The translations under genes and the position numbers were made by a program. Shown in pieces: positions 15,699-25,038 of a DNA stretch of 27,373 bases (its first letter is position 1; every line of letters begins with the position of its first letter). The DNA comes from a virus (lineage: Duplodnaviria > Caudoviricetes), in the IMG/VR virus record IMGVR_UViG_3300016265_000701, positions 1 to 27,373 of that record. One strand, given 5' to 3'. The notes below the pieces were generated by a model. That model was not told where the DNA came from. It was given only the letters and a program-made list of their open reading frames with translations, and made no database searches.

Positions 15699-16028
15699 TT
15701 ATCCCCGCTCTAGTATTCGTCGCTGCTGTGGACTCAACTGGGCGTAAGCCCGCCTCGCCGCCGCTTCGATGCCGGCGTCCTGTCGGGCCTCCTCGTAGAA
15801 CTTTCGCCGGGAGGCTTCCTTGCGCTCTTCCTCCATGCCTTCCCACGGGCGCGTGCCGGTGCGCTTGAAGTCCTCGCGCCGGCCCTTTCGGCCGTGCACG
15901 ATTCGCCCATCAATAGGGCTTTCGTAGTCCGGCAGGTCGCCGATGACGTAATGGGTTTTAGCGCGGCTGTACTGGTTCGCGGGAATCAGTTCGCCGGTTT
16001 CCCTGTCCTGAATGAATCGCTGTCTCAT
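15699..16028 (-). CDS. Phage head-region hypothetical protein
   Basis: 109 aa; DLPDYESPIDGRIVHGRKGRREDFKRTG; overlaps the upstream stop. Confidence 0.8.
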   Translation of the reverse strand: MRQRFIQDRETGELIPANQYSRAKTHYVIGDLPDYESPIDGRIVHGRKGRREDFKRTGTRPWEGMEEERKEASRRKFYEEARQDAGIEAAARRAYAQLSPQQRRILERG

Positions 16029-16345
16029 AGCAGTAGCATCAGCACTTCTTCGTCGTCTTGTTCAGCAAGCTGGGCCTGCAGTTCCCGCAGCATCCCGTCT
16101 ATCGCGTTCAACTGGACGATGTAACTCGACCAGTCCGTCGCCCTGACTGGCGGCGCGGGGATGCTGACGTGTTCGACCGCTTCGGGAATCTCGTCCCGCA
16201 GGGCCTCTAGTTTCTTTTCAAGCCGCTTGGCTTTCCGCTTGGCCTTCTTCGGCTCGTAAATCTCAACCCGGAATGCGTCATCACCGCCGACTTTCCCCTG
16301 ACCTGACGCGGGGGATGTGACGCTTTGCAGCAGCGTCAGAAGCAT
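16025..16345 (-). CDS. Hypothetical protein ending DDEEVLMLLL
   Basis: 106 aa; tightly coupled to neighbours. Confidence 0.75.
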   Translation of the reverse strand: MLLTLLQSVTSPASGQGKVGGDDAFRVEIYEPKKAKRKAKRLEKKLEALRDEIPEAVEHVSIPAPPVRATDWSSYIVQLNAIDGMLRELQAQLAEQDDEEVLMLLL

Positions 16346-16348
16346 GGG

Positions 16349-16510
16349 TTACAGCCCCCGCAGGGCTGCGAGCGTCGCCTCGGTTTCCGCGATGTCTGCC
16401 TCGACCTGCGTGAGGGCCGGAATATCGCCCAGGCGCTCGAAGGTCGCCTTCATCTGGCTCAGGGTCGCCAGTCGGTTAGCCAGTAAAGCAATCAAATCGG
16501 CGATGTTCAT
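16349..16510 (-). CDS. Small helical-hairpin protein (53 aa)
   Basis: Not in ORF track. ATGA overlap with the upstream gene. MNIADLIALLANRLATLSQMKATFERLGDIPALTQVEADIAETEATLAALRGL*; fills the gap exactly. Confidence 0.8.
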   Translation of the reverse strand: MNIADLIALLANRLATLSQMKATFERLGDIPALTQVEADIAETEATLAALRGL

Positions 16511-18123
16511 ACCAGCGCAATCAGTTCCTGACTGACTGTCGACAGGTGCGCCTGCAAAAGAATCACGTCGTACTTATCCGTGCCGTCAATCGCTGCATAG
16601 GCCGCCATTCTGGAACCCAGCGCCGCCGTGCCGGCCTGCAGGAAATCAGTCGGCGTGTACGGACTCAGCACGCGGTTCTTCACGTCGAACCGGAAAATCT
16701 GGTTCACGGCCGATGCGGTGTACAGGTTGATGTAATGCATCCGGCCTTCTTGGCCGTAGGGCGCGTAGCATCCCGTGGAACCCGTGGCCGGCAGTGCGCC
16801 CGGAGAACCGTCATAGGTAATCGCGCCCGTCCACGTGCCGGTGATGGACGCGGCAATATCCAGAACGTCGAGGGTCGCCGCACCGCCGCGCCAGTAGTAG
16901 ACGAACGAGTGCCGCGCATTCCGGGCCGGGTCGGGCTGAATGCCAAAGGACGGCATCCAGAAGCCCGAGGCCGCATGGGCCGCAGGGGCGACGCCGAAGT
17001 AAGTCGTCGACCAAGCGCCTGCGGTGATGTTGTTGGTGCCGTTGTTGATCGTGGCGTCGGTGTAGTTGTACGTGTAGACCGTCGTCGTCGCGGTCGAGCG
17101 GAGCAGCAGGAGATTCGGCTGTTCGATGACGTACTTCGCGCTACTGGAGGGCTGCGTGGCCCACGCCGTCCCGAGCGTGTACACCGGAGACGCGCCTGCG
17201 GTGTGGCTCGCGATGATTCGGCGCTGCCCGACGGCTGCCGGGGTCGTCGTGTCCTGCACGATGCGAATCTGGAAATTGCGGTATTCGTTCGCCGCCACCA
17301 CTGCGTCACCGTCCGTCGCCTGCCCGGTGAGGCTTGAGGCACCGGAGGCCGTGGCCGTCAGGGCCTTGCGGGAGACGATATTGGTGTCGTAAGTAAACCC
17401 GCCCTTGATCATCCCCTCGCCGGGTTCGCAGTTGTAGGGCGTGTACTGCTCATCAAGCACCACGGCGGCCGAGTCCGTGCCAATCGTCGCCGGCAGGTTG
17501 GTGTTGGTCAGGCTCGCGAGCGTGTTCGTTGCCACCTCGAACGACCGGAAAGTCGTCGCCGCCAACGCCGCAGCGGACAGCATCATCACGCGCCCGGACA
17601 GCAGTTCGTAACGGGCACCGGAGGCCGGGGTGAACGTGAACGCGTTATCCACCGTGATGACCGGCGCGGTGCCGGACGTATTTCCGACGATGAACCGCTC
17701 TTCCGTTTTTCCTGCGGTGGTGTCGATGATGCGAATCTTGAACCCGTAGTCCCCAGAACCGCCGCGATTGGCAAGCATGTTGGTGCCCACGGCAGTCGGG
17801 AGCGCGGTCGACAGGGTGACGGAAGTCGTCGTCGCGCCTGCGGCAATGGTGCCCACGGCCGCAAACGAAGGAACGAACACGGAAGTTGAACCCGCGCCGA
17901 ACGTACCACCGAGGCCGGGGTTCACCGCGAACGACCACGACTTCGTGACGATGTTGAAGCGGTTCAGGATGGCGGCGGAATTCAGGTTGTACACGAACGG
18001 ATTCCGCGACACGTCCGAGCGCATGTCGGCGCACATCGAGGTTGCGGCGGCGTGGGCGTTCGGGGACGGGGCAACCTGCACCCACATCAGCCGGTCCAGT
18101 ACCTTCTTGAAGTTGTTCGCCAT
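16507..18123 (-). CDS. Beta-rich (propeller-like) putative virion appendage protein, 538 aa
   Basis: Thr/Ala/Gly-rich; two related internal modules IRIIDTTAGKTEERFIVGNTSG and IRIVQDTTTPAAVGQRRIIASHTAG. Confidence 0.7.
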   Translation of the reverse strand: MANNFKKVLDRLMWVQVAPSPNAHAAATSMCADMRSDVSRNPFVYNLNSAAILNRFNIVTKSWSFAVNPGLGGTFGAGSTSVFVPSFAAVGTIAAGATTTSVTLSTALPTAVGTNMLANRGGSGDYGFKIRIIDTTAGKTEERFIVGNTSGTAPVITVDNAFTFTPASGARYELLSGRVMMLSAAALAATTFRSFEVATNTLASLTNTNLPATIGTDSAAVVLDEQYTPYNCEPGEGMIKGGFTYDTNIVSRKALTATASGASSLTGQATDGDAVVAANEYRNFQIRIVQDTTTPAAVGQRRIIASHTAGASPVYTLGTAWATQPSSSAKYVIEQPNLLLLRSTATTTVYTYNYTDATINNGTNNITAGAWSTTYFGVAPAAHAASGFWMPSFGIQPDPARNARHSFVYYWRGGAATLDVLDIAASITGTWTGAITYDGSPGALPATGSTGCYAPYGQEGRMHYINLYTASAVNQIFRFDVKNRVLSPYTPTDFLQAGTAALGSRMAAYAAIDGTDKYDVILLQAHLSTVSQELIALV

Positions 18124-18668
18124 CAGCTAATCCTCGCTCGAACGCAATCCGCCCAAGCGGAAAGATTCGCCCCGTAAACCTGAATGCGGCCCTGTATGCC
18201 GTCGATGTTCGTCAAGCCGGTGACGGTGCCAACAGTTGTCACCGTGGTGACCGTGGTCACCGTGCTGACAGTCGTCACCGTGCCGGATTCCACAATCACC
18301 GTTCCACGCTGCCGCTGGAGGCTCTTGTCATAGCCTCTGGGGCTTTCCAGCGCATGCAGCACGCGAGTGGTCATCGCGTGGTTATCCTCGTCGTGGACGG
18401 GCAGCGGATTGCTTTCAGAGACGCCGCTAATCGTTACTGGGACGGTGCCCTGCACGGCAACGTCTAGAGGCGTGGTGGCGATAACGTCCACCGTTCCCGC
18501 AACGCCCACAGAACCCGCAATGGGCATCGGGTTACTGGCCGACACGTCTCCGTCGCTGGTGTTGTCAGCACCGAGCGTGAGCTTCACGCGCTGATGGAGA
18601 ACACCGCCAATGTCATCCGCCGCGACGGTTGCGCCAGACCCCGGTGTATAGCCGACGTTATCCGCCAT
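18123..18668 (-). CDS. Fibre-like protein with (TVT)n repeats, 181 aa
   Basis: MADNVGYTPGSGATVAADDIGGVLHQRVKL, SASNPMPI / SESNPLPV repeat, GTVTTVSTVTTVTTVTTVGTVTG. Confidence 0.75.
   Translation of the reverse strand: MADNVGYTPGSGATVAADDIGGVLHQRVKLTLGADNTSDGDVSASNPMPIAGSVGVAGTVDVIATTPLDVAVQGTVPVTISGVSESNPLPVHDEDNHAMTTRVLHALESPRGYDKSLQRQRGTVIVESGTVTTVSTVTTVTTVTTVGTVTGLTNIDGIQGRIQVYGANLSAWADCVRARIS
18219..18282 (-). repeat. Degenerate 9-nt (3-aa, TVT) tandem repeat, about 7 units
   Basis: TVT-TVS-TVT-TVT-TVT-TVG-TVT in the translation; boundaries approximate. Confidence 0.75.
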
Positions 18669-21001
18669 TACTCAACCCCTACCGCTTTGCCGTCCATGCC
18701 TCGGACGATGCGCTTCGGCCTGTTCATGCCCGCCACCAGTTCTCTGATTGCGCCAATCGTCTCCGCCTGCATTTGCATTACGGGGTTCGCCAGTTTTTCG
18801 ATAACCTCGGCATTCGCCGCCCGCACCGCTTCAGACACGCCGCCGCCGATGACGCTCGAAATTGTCGGCACGCCTGCGCCCGTGGGTTCTCGCCCTGCGG
18901 CCATTTCGGCGATGACGATGCGGGTGGAAGCGTCCAGTTCCGCCTTCCACTTCTCGAACGCTTGCGACCTCTCTGACGCCGCCGATTCCAGTTCAATGCG
19001 GAGCCGTTCCCGCTCGGCTTCGAGTTCCGTTTCCTGCTGTGCCTGACGGGCCTGCGCGGCCTGCTTGGCCTCTTCCATCTGGGCTGAAAGCTGGGCCTTG
19101 AACTGCTCTAGTTGCGCCGTGGCGGCGAGTTCCCGCTCATGCTGTTGCGCCTGAATCTGCGCCTTGAACTGCTCAAGCTGGAACGCGGCCTGTGCCTTGG
19201 CCTCTTCCGCTGCCCGCATGGCCTCAGCGGGGTCGGCGGCCGGGGCCGGGGCCTGCACGGCTTCCAGCGCATCTTCCACAGCAGTACCCAGTTTCGCCCT
19301 GCGGCACGCGACGAGGATGATTTCCTTGATGGCTTCCACCGGCATCGCGCCGGCCTGCACCGCCGGCCCCAAGCCCTGAACAAGGGCCGTGACACCGCCC
19401 AGCAGTTCGGTAAGCGCCTGCATGTCGTTGTCTTGCGTGGCGGTGAGCGTCGAATCCGTTTCAATGTCGATGCGGTACGAGCGCCCTGCTTCGTCCCTGA
19501 GCGCCTGAATCACCTGCTCCCACGTCACCATAGGGGCGGGCTGCTGCCCCGCTTGTGCGGCCTGCTGTGCGGCCATAGCGGCATCTGCTTCCGTGGGCAG
19601 TTCAACCATCGTCATCGCGGCAATCGTCTGCGGCTGGAACTTTTCGGCGATGAGTTCGGCTTTCAAGCGGAGAATGTCGCGGATGTACCGCTGAACCTCG
19701 GCCTGCATCCGCTGGAGGCGCTGCGTGCCCCAGGTCGTCTTGATTTTCTGCGCCCCGAACGTCTCCGCAGGGTCGGAGGCCGCCCGCATGATGTCCGCGA
19801 TGCCAGTTATCTCGTAGATGACTTGCTTCGTGGCCTCACGCTGGACGTACAACTCCTTCAGAACCGCCGCAGCGGTTTCCATCGGCACCATCCAGATAGC
19901 CTTTTCAAGGCCTCCACGCTCCAGCAGCGCCGTGACATTCTGCGCAGGGATGAGTTCGTTATCCCCTGCCCGCATCAGTTCGGCGATTTCCGTCAACGTC
20001 GCGTCGTAGATGCCGCGAACCCTGAGGGCTTCCACCAGCTTGTTAATCCGCTGGCTGATGCGGTTCAGTTCCTTCGCCTGCTGCTCGTACTGCGCGTACA
20101 GGGGCACGGGTTCGAGGCTGTCGTGCTGCTCGATGGCGTACAGCGGCCGGGGATTCGGGAAAAACTGCTTCAACCCGAGCGGGTCGGACTGGACTTTCAG
20201 CGGACGGTCAAACCCGTTGGCAATCCAGACAACCTGTCGTTTGTCCTTGTCCCAGATTTCCCAGACTTCCGCCGTCCTGAACAGGGGGAGCAAGTCCTCA
20301 TTCTTGGCGAAGTCCTCTTCCGCCACGCCGTCGAGGCCGACGGACTTGCCTACCTGCTCGCCGAACTTCTCAATCAGGTCGTCGCGGGTTAAATCATGGC
20401 GGAAGGCTACCCACTGCACCTCGTCCCATGTTTTTCCGGCCCCCATGCGGAAGTCCGCCCACTGGACGCGCTCGACGACCACCTGCTCCCACGTGACTTC
20501 CTCGTAGGCCCCTTCCTGCGCTTCGTGCGTGGGTTCTTCACTGCCCTCGGAGTGCGCCAGTTCACCGGGGAGGTTGTCCGCGCCGACTTGGGAAAGAGAG
20601 GGAACATAGCGAATGCGTGACACGGCGCGGCCGGGGAGGAGCATCGCCAAAACGTCGCCCTTGATGACGGCATCGAAGTCGTATTCGTCCTGGCAGAACT
20701 CAAGCGCACGCTGCAGGACTTTGGAGACGGCTTTCCCTACGGGGTCGTCGTCGTGGTATCGGCGACGGACGATGGGTTGGGGGAGGCTGTTGTAACAGGC
20801 TTGGCGAAGGGTTTCGGTGTTCGTCCACAAAACGTTGAACGAGTTCAGCGCCGGCGTTTCGGGCGTGTACGCCTTGCACACGTCCCGCGCTTTTTTCCGC
20901 CATTTGTCCTCGCGCTTACTGGACAGCTTGAGTTCAAGCTTCCAGCGGCGACAGACGGCCTCTGGCGAGAGGTCGGTGGCCTGTTCGAGCAGTTCGGGCA
21001 T
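18668..21001 (-). CDS. Portal protein with a long C-terminal coiled-coil barrel (777 aa)
   Basis: FNVLWTNTETL, WVAFRH, IYEITGIADIMR and YRIDIETDST segments; Gln/Ala/Glu-rich C-terminus; size and position. Confidence 0.88.
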   Translation of the reverse strand: MPELLEQATDLSPEAVCRRWKLELKLSSKREDKWRKKARDVCKAYTPETPALNSFNVLWTNTETLRQACYNSLPQPIVRRRYHDDDPVGKAVSKVLQRALEFCQDEYDFDAVIKGDVLAMLLPGRAVSRIRYVPSLSQVGADNLPGELAHSEGSEEPTHEAQEGAYEEVTWEQVVVERVQWADFRMGAGKTWDEVQWVAFRHDLTRDDLIEKFGEQVGKSVGLDGVAEEDFAKNEDLLPLFRTAEVWEIWDKDKRQVVWIANGFDRPLKVQSDPLGLKQFFPNPRPLYAIEQHDSLEPVPLYAQYEQQAKELNRISQRINKLVEALRVRGIYDATLTEIAELMRAGDNELIPAQNVTALLERGGLEKAIWMVPMETAAAVLKELYVQREATKQVIYEITGIADIMRAASDPAETFGAQKIKTTWGTQRLQRMQAEVQRYIRDILRLKAELIAEKFQPQTIAAMTMVELPTEADAAMAAQQAAQAGQQPAPMVTWEQVIQALRDEAGRSYRIDIETDSTLTATQDNDMQALTELLGGVTALVQGLGPAVQAGAMPVEAIKEIILVACRRAKLGTAVEDALEAVQAPAPAADPAEAMRAAEEAKAQAAFQLEQFKAQIQAQQHERELAATAQLEQFKAQLSAQMEEAKQAAQARQAQQETELEAERERLRIELESAASERSQAFEKWKAELDASTRIVIAEMAAGREPTGAGVPTISSVIGGGVSEAVRAANAEVIEKLANPVMQMQAETIGAIRELVAGMNRPKRIVRGMDGKAVGVE

Positions 21002-22491
21002 TAGGCTCTGTAGCCCACTTGGCTAGAGCAGGACTGATACCAGTCGCTCACCGACATGGCATCAATAAGGCCGGCGCGGATTCTGGCGGCGAGCCCGTTA
21101 ATGAAATTCGTGAACTCAGGGACGGTAATATCGCCGCCGCTGCCGATGTTGTGCCCGTAAACGTGAATCGACGCGCCGTATTCAATGGCGCGGTCGACCG
21201 CCGTTAAAATCTGGGCGCCTGTGGTTCCCGGCCCCCAACCAAAAACCGGCGTGTTGAAAAAATCCATGTTCGGCGAGGCCATCGTCAGGCAGTTACTAAA
21301 CGGCCCCTGCCCGCGCCCGCCGACTGCTCGCCCGCTAACGAATCCCATTGCCTTCAGGCGGGCAATCACGTCGTTATTGTAATTGCCATACGTGTAGGCC
21401 ATATGCCCCGCGCCACGCGTCCAACCGTTGCTAACGATGAAATCTTGGCAACGCTGAACGGACGCCTGCCAGCGGTCGTACCAATTACTTGCCACGCCGC
21501 TCACGGTGATGGGGGTCAGCGTCTGCTGCCCAACGGACGACGGCAGGGAAGCGTCGCACGCGAATGAAACAGTGCCTGCGCCGACGGACGTGATGACTTT
21601 CTGCCCGCAATACGAAAACGGGTCTGCGCCGTCGATTTGGATAACATCGCCCGGCGCGAAGGTCGGCAGCCAGACGTTGGCGTCAGGCGTCGCCGTCGCT
21701 ACGCCGCCCGTCTGGGTGATTTGCGCGCCCATCGGGAATGTCGCAGAAATGTGGTCTGCGGTATGGTTGCAGATGTCCCAGCCTGCGTCATACGTCGTCT
21801 GCAACTGGGCGCGGGTCATCTTCCCTGAATCGCCGACACTGTTGCTGTTGATGTAATTTGTGCCGGGAATCCCGAGCGGCTGCATCAGCGAATATGCAGT
21901 GTTGAACACGTCCGCGCTGTTGTCGTCGAAAGAAATGACAATCTTGGGGCGAGCGCGGAAGTTTGAGAACACGTTATAAAGCCGCAGCCGATGCCCGGAT
22001 GGGTAGGTGTCAGACACCATGCGAATTTCGATACGCCGGATGTTGGACCACGACGGTGACCCCACCACAGAACCGGCAGAAAGACGCTGCGCCCACGTAA
22101 ACCGCCCGCGCTTGCTGACGTTCTGCAGTTGCCCGTTGAAATCGTAGTAATCCGCTCCTAGCGAACCCTGCGTCGTGCCAAGCAGAATGCGTAGCCTGTT
22201 GGCCGGCACATCCGTCTGGAATGGCTGACCTCCCGGCGACACTTCGCCAAGCTCAAGCCCGAACAGTGCGCTTCGCGAGAAATCCCACGGGGTTGCGCTA
22301 CTGATGATGACCGCAGCGTAACCGCTGCCGGCAGTCGTGGCCGTATAACCGAACTCGACGAAATCCGCGCCAGTCGTCAGCGTCGCGTTACTGGCGTTCG
22401 CGCTCCCCAGCGTCGGGCTGAACGCGAGCGGGTTGATAATCCCCATGCCCGGCATCCGGTTTGCGACGGTGAGGCCGGCGCGAGGCGGCAT
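21001..22491 (-). CDS. Polysaccharide deacetylase (CE4/NodB) with an N-terminal CBM-like domain and an internal beta insertion (496 aa)
   Basis: ISFDD, NHTADH, AYTYG and VYGH motifs; start moved to ATG 22491 (TAATG overlap). Confidence 0.82.
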   Translation of the reverse strand: MPPRAGLTVANRMPGMGIINPLAFSPTLGSANASNATLTTGADFVEFGYTATTAGSGYAAVIISSATPWDFSRSALFGLELGEVSPGGQPFQTDVPANRLRILLGTTQGSLGADYYDFNGQLQNVSKRGRFTWAQRLSAGSVVGSPSWSNIRRIEIRMVSDTYPSGHRLRLYNVFSNFRARPKIVISFDDNSADVFNTAYSLMQPLGIPGTNYINSNSVGDSGKMTRAQLQTTYDAGWDICNHTADHISATFPMGAQITQTGGVATATPDANVWLPTFAPGDVIQIDGADPFSYCGQKVITSVGAGTVSFACDASLPSSVGQQTLTPITVSGVASNWYDRWQASVQRCQDFIVSNGWTRGAGHMAYTYGNYNNDVIARLKAMGFVSGRAVGGRGQGPFSNCLTMASPNMDFFNTPVFGWGPGTTGAQILTAVDRAIEYGASIHVYGHNIGSGGDITVPEFTNFINGLAARIRAGLIDAMSVSDWYQSCSSQVGYRA

Positions 22492-22973
22492 TAGATCGGC
22501 CTCCAATCCACCAGAACGTTAGGGCCATCAGCGCCGACGGAACACGTCATCGTGCAACCCGATTCCATGCGCCGCGCATTACCTGGGGCCAACGCCTGCA
22601 CCGGGACGCCACCCGTGACAGTCGTCGCCGGGATAACCCAGCTTACCGCCGCGCCCGTGACATCCGTCAGGCCCGCAATCGTCACCGTGCCTGTCGTCGT
22701 GGCGCGAATGGTGATGCCCATCAGGAAAATCGGCGTCGTTCCCGCCGTGCCAACGTTCTGCGCACTGGTGCTGTTCGCCAGCATGTTGCTGTTGCACTCA
22801 TGCTTCACCGCGTCGTAATTGTTCGTCAGGCTACTGGTGTTCCGCTCACCGCCAATGACGCCCTGCTCCAGCGTGTAGACGGAGCCATCCGAGCCAACGA
22901 CGGCCGGCTGCATGTTCTCCATGCCGTTCGCAGGCGTCGTGCCTGCCAGTCGTCCGCGCATCATCGTCATCAC
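22491..22973 (-). CDS. Hypothetical beta-rich protein, about 160 aa
   Basis: Overlaps the terL stop and the deacetylase start; exact start among 22973, 22970 and nearby ATGs is uncertain. Confidence 0.7.
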   Translation of the reverse strand: MMTMMRGRLAGTTPANGMENMQPAVVGSDGSVYTLEQGVIGGERNTSSLTNNYDAVKHECNSNMLANSTSAQNVGTAGTTPIFLMGITIRATTTGTVTIAGLTDVTGAAVSWVIPATTVTGGVPVQALAPGNARRMESGCTMTCSVGADGPNVLVDWRPI

Positions 22974-24331
22974 GCTTCCTCTCGCCGCCTGCTCTGGCGT
23001 CTAATCAATTCGTTTACCGTCAACTGCTGCGGGAATCTCGGTTCCGGCTTCGGCTTCGGCTTGTACTCTTCCCGCCAGACAAGGCACGCATACCTGAACG
23101 CGTCCGAGTAGTGCGAAGTCCAGTTATGCTCTGGCTTGGACGGGGAAAACGCCTTCTTTTCGTCGTCCCACTTGCGCCGATAGTTAACTAGCGCCTCTAG
23201 CAGGTACTCACACTTCTCTGCGTCGAACCACAACGACGGGAATGTCTGTCGCGCGGCCTGTATGCCATCAATCAGGCTGAGTTCCGGCACGATGCGCGGC
23301 TTCCAACCCAGCGCCCGGAACTGCTCTTCCATCGAGCGCCCCGTCTGCAGCGACTTGGCTCTGGCGTCATGCGGCAGCCACAGCCATTCGCCGTAACGGT
23401 AGCCGCGCTGCTTCAGGACTTCGTGGTAGTGGACAATCGGCTGCCCGTGGCTGCTGTAAGCGTCGATGACGCGAACTTCGTTGCCCGCCACTTGGAACCA
23501 GACAATCGCCGTGTCGTCCGTATAGCCCAAGTCGAGAACCGCGTGGACGGGGACGGCATCGTCATACGGCACCGCCGTAATTCGGCCCTCATCCCGCGCC
23601 CTGCGCAGTTCCGCCCCGTAGAAAGCGCCTAGAATCGACGCCTCGAAGCTGCACAGATATTCCTGCTCGAACATCGCAAGGCCGGCTTCTTCGCCGAAGT
23701 CCGCGATGTAACTGCGACGCTCCTCGTCCAACTGCGCCAGGCTGAACACGCCCGTCGTCGTCGCAGGCAGCACCTGGGCGAATGCCTTGGGGTCAGCCTT
23801 GGCTGCTTCCAGCGTGCGGTATGCGTGGTTCTTGCCGCGACTGGTGGTGATGAAAATCTGCCAGCCGCCGTTTTCGGCAATGATTGGCCGCAGATACGCC
23901 CGCGCTGCGGGATTTGCCAGCGCCCACTCGGAATACACGATGCCGGCCGGCGTCGAGCCGACCAGACTGTTGAACCTGTCCGAGCCTACAACCTGCCACG
24001 TCGACCCGTTCTTAAAGACGATTTGCATCTCGTCGTCACGGGTTTTTTCGCGCAATGCCGGCGGGAACGCCTCGTCGATTCGCCGCTTGCCAGAATGCGG
24101 GTTGACCGCCATCCAGATAGCCTTACGGGCCTGCGCGTACTCCGGCAGCATGTGCCAGTAACCGGCGACACGCTCCATTGCTGCCACCGCCGTGCGGTGC
24201 AACGCCACCTCGTCCTTGCCTGAGCGACGATGCCAGACTAGCTCTGCGTGCCTGCCGCCGTTTTCGAGGTAGTCCCACGCTGGCCGCTGGTATGCGCGAG
24301 GCGTCCAGTTATTCGGCAGCCTGATGCGCAA
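22970..24331 (-). CDS. terL: Terminase large subunit
   Basis: PRAYQ (Q motif), WHRRSGKD (Walker A), IVYSE (Walker B variant), ITTSRGKN, nuclease LDLGYTDDTAI and SHYSDAFRY. Confidence 0.95.
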   Translation of the reverse strand: MRIRLPNNWTPRAYQRPAWDYLENGGRHAELVWHRRSGKDEVALHRTAVAAMERVAGYWHMLPEYAQARKAIWMAVNPHSGKRRIDEAFPPALREKTRDDEMQIVFKNGSTWQVVGSDRFNSLVGSTPAGIVYSEWALANPAARAYLRPIIAENGGWQIFITTSRGKNHAYRTLEAAKADPKAFAQVLPATTTGVFSLAQLDEERRSYIADFGEEAGLAMFEQEYLCSFEASILGAFYGAELRRARDEGRITAVPYDDAVPVHAVLDLGYTDDTAIVWFQVAGNEVRVIDAYSSHGQPIVHYHEVLKQRGYRYGEWLWLPHDARAKSLQTGRSMEEQFRALGWKPRIVPELSLIDGIQAARQTFPSLWFDAEKCEYLLEALVNYRRKWDDEKKAFSPSKPEHNWTSHYSDAFRYACLVWREEYKPKPKPEPRFPQQLTVNELIRRQSRRREEA

Positions 24332-24575
24332 ATTTCACTATCTCGACGACGAGCGGGCCGTCGTCTGCGCCTGTTAGCTGAGTGGGAAGAACCTTGCCAA
24401 GCAAGGTTAGAAACCCCGCCGGCTGTTCGCGACTCGCCCAGCGGAGATAATCGACGCCACCCTCCTCTTCGAGGGCGCTCAGAATCATTTCCCGGAGCAG
24501 TGCGGTGTTCTTGTTGGGCGTGCCCTTTTGCCGCCCGCCGCGCCGCTCACCGGGCGCGCTGCCTTTCCCTGCCAT
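24309..24575 (-). CDS. terS: Terminase small subunit
   Basis: GGRQKGTPNK...GGVDYL...FLTLLGKVLP...LTGADDGPL; overlaps the terL start. Confidence 0.85.
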   Translation of the reverse strand: MAGKGSAPGERRGGRQKGTPNKNTALLREMILSALEEEGGVDYLRWASREQPAGFLTLLGKVLPTQLTGADDGPLVVEIVKFAHQAAE

Positions 24576-24626
24576 CGCTGTTCATTGCTTTTTCTGCAAT
24601 GCCTCTATTCGGGGTTGCCCGTCCAG

Positions 24627-24655
24627 AAACAAAAAAACCCGCACTAGGCGGGTTT
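24627..24655 (-). terminator. tR'-like intrinsic terminator between the Q-like gene and terS
   Basis: AAACCCGC-CUAGU-GCGGG followed by U7 GUUU. Confidence 0.85.
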
Positions 24656-24681
24656 CATTTGGGCGCACTGGCCCGAAGCGA

Positions 24682-24710
24682 ACGTTACCAGCGGGCGCAG
24701 GCCGTAGCAA
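24682..24710 (-). promoter_or_regulatory. pR'-like sigma70 late promoter
   Basis: -35 TTGCTA (24710-24705), 17-nt spacer ending TGG, -10 TAACGT (24687-24682), whose TAA is the stop codon of the Q-like gene. Confidence 0.6.
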
Positions 24711-25038
24711 TCGCGTCGAGCATGTCTTGCAAATGCAAACGGCTAACTCCGAGTTTCGAGCACGCGATGATGGGCGCATCACCTCCCAGGTAACAGACGC
24801 GAACCACTCTGCGCTCAAGTCCTTCCAGCCTTCGCACGAACTGCTCCACGGCTTCCGCGTCGTCCTCGTCCACCGTGGGCTTTGGGTCGTCGGATTCCCA
24901 CACATCCCCTGCATCTGGCCGATACAGGCGGGCGAATGAACATTCACGGGGAAACGATAAACCCGCCGTCCACTGCAGGCTCCACCGCGCCCAGTTTTCC
25001 AATCGCTTCTCCCCTCGGCGAATCAGGTCAGATGCCAA
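24685..25038 (-). CDS. Late-gene antiterminator, Q-like (117 aa)
   Basis: Start moved to TTG 25038 (GGAGG upstream); RLENWARW motif; C-terminal sigma-region-4-like HTH; last early gene before the promoter-terminator pair. Confidence 0.7.
   Translation of the reverse strand: MASDLIRRGEKRLENWARWSLQWTAGLSFPRECSFARLYRPDAGDVWESDDPKPTVDEDDAEAVEQFVRRLEGLERRVVRVCYLGGDAPIIACSKLGVSRLHLQDMLDAIATACARW

Noticed and set aside
19112-20392. 426-aa plus-strand ORF, and similar ones at 6562-7560, 12051-12851, 12990-13850 and 16546-17337
   Set aside because: Antisense shadows of GC-rich genes; no motifs or RBS support.
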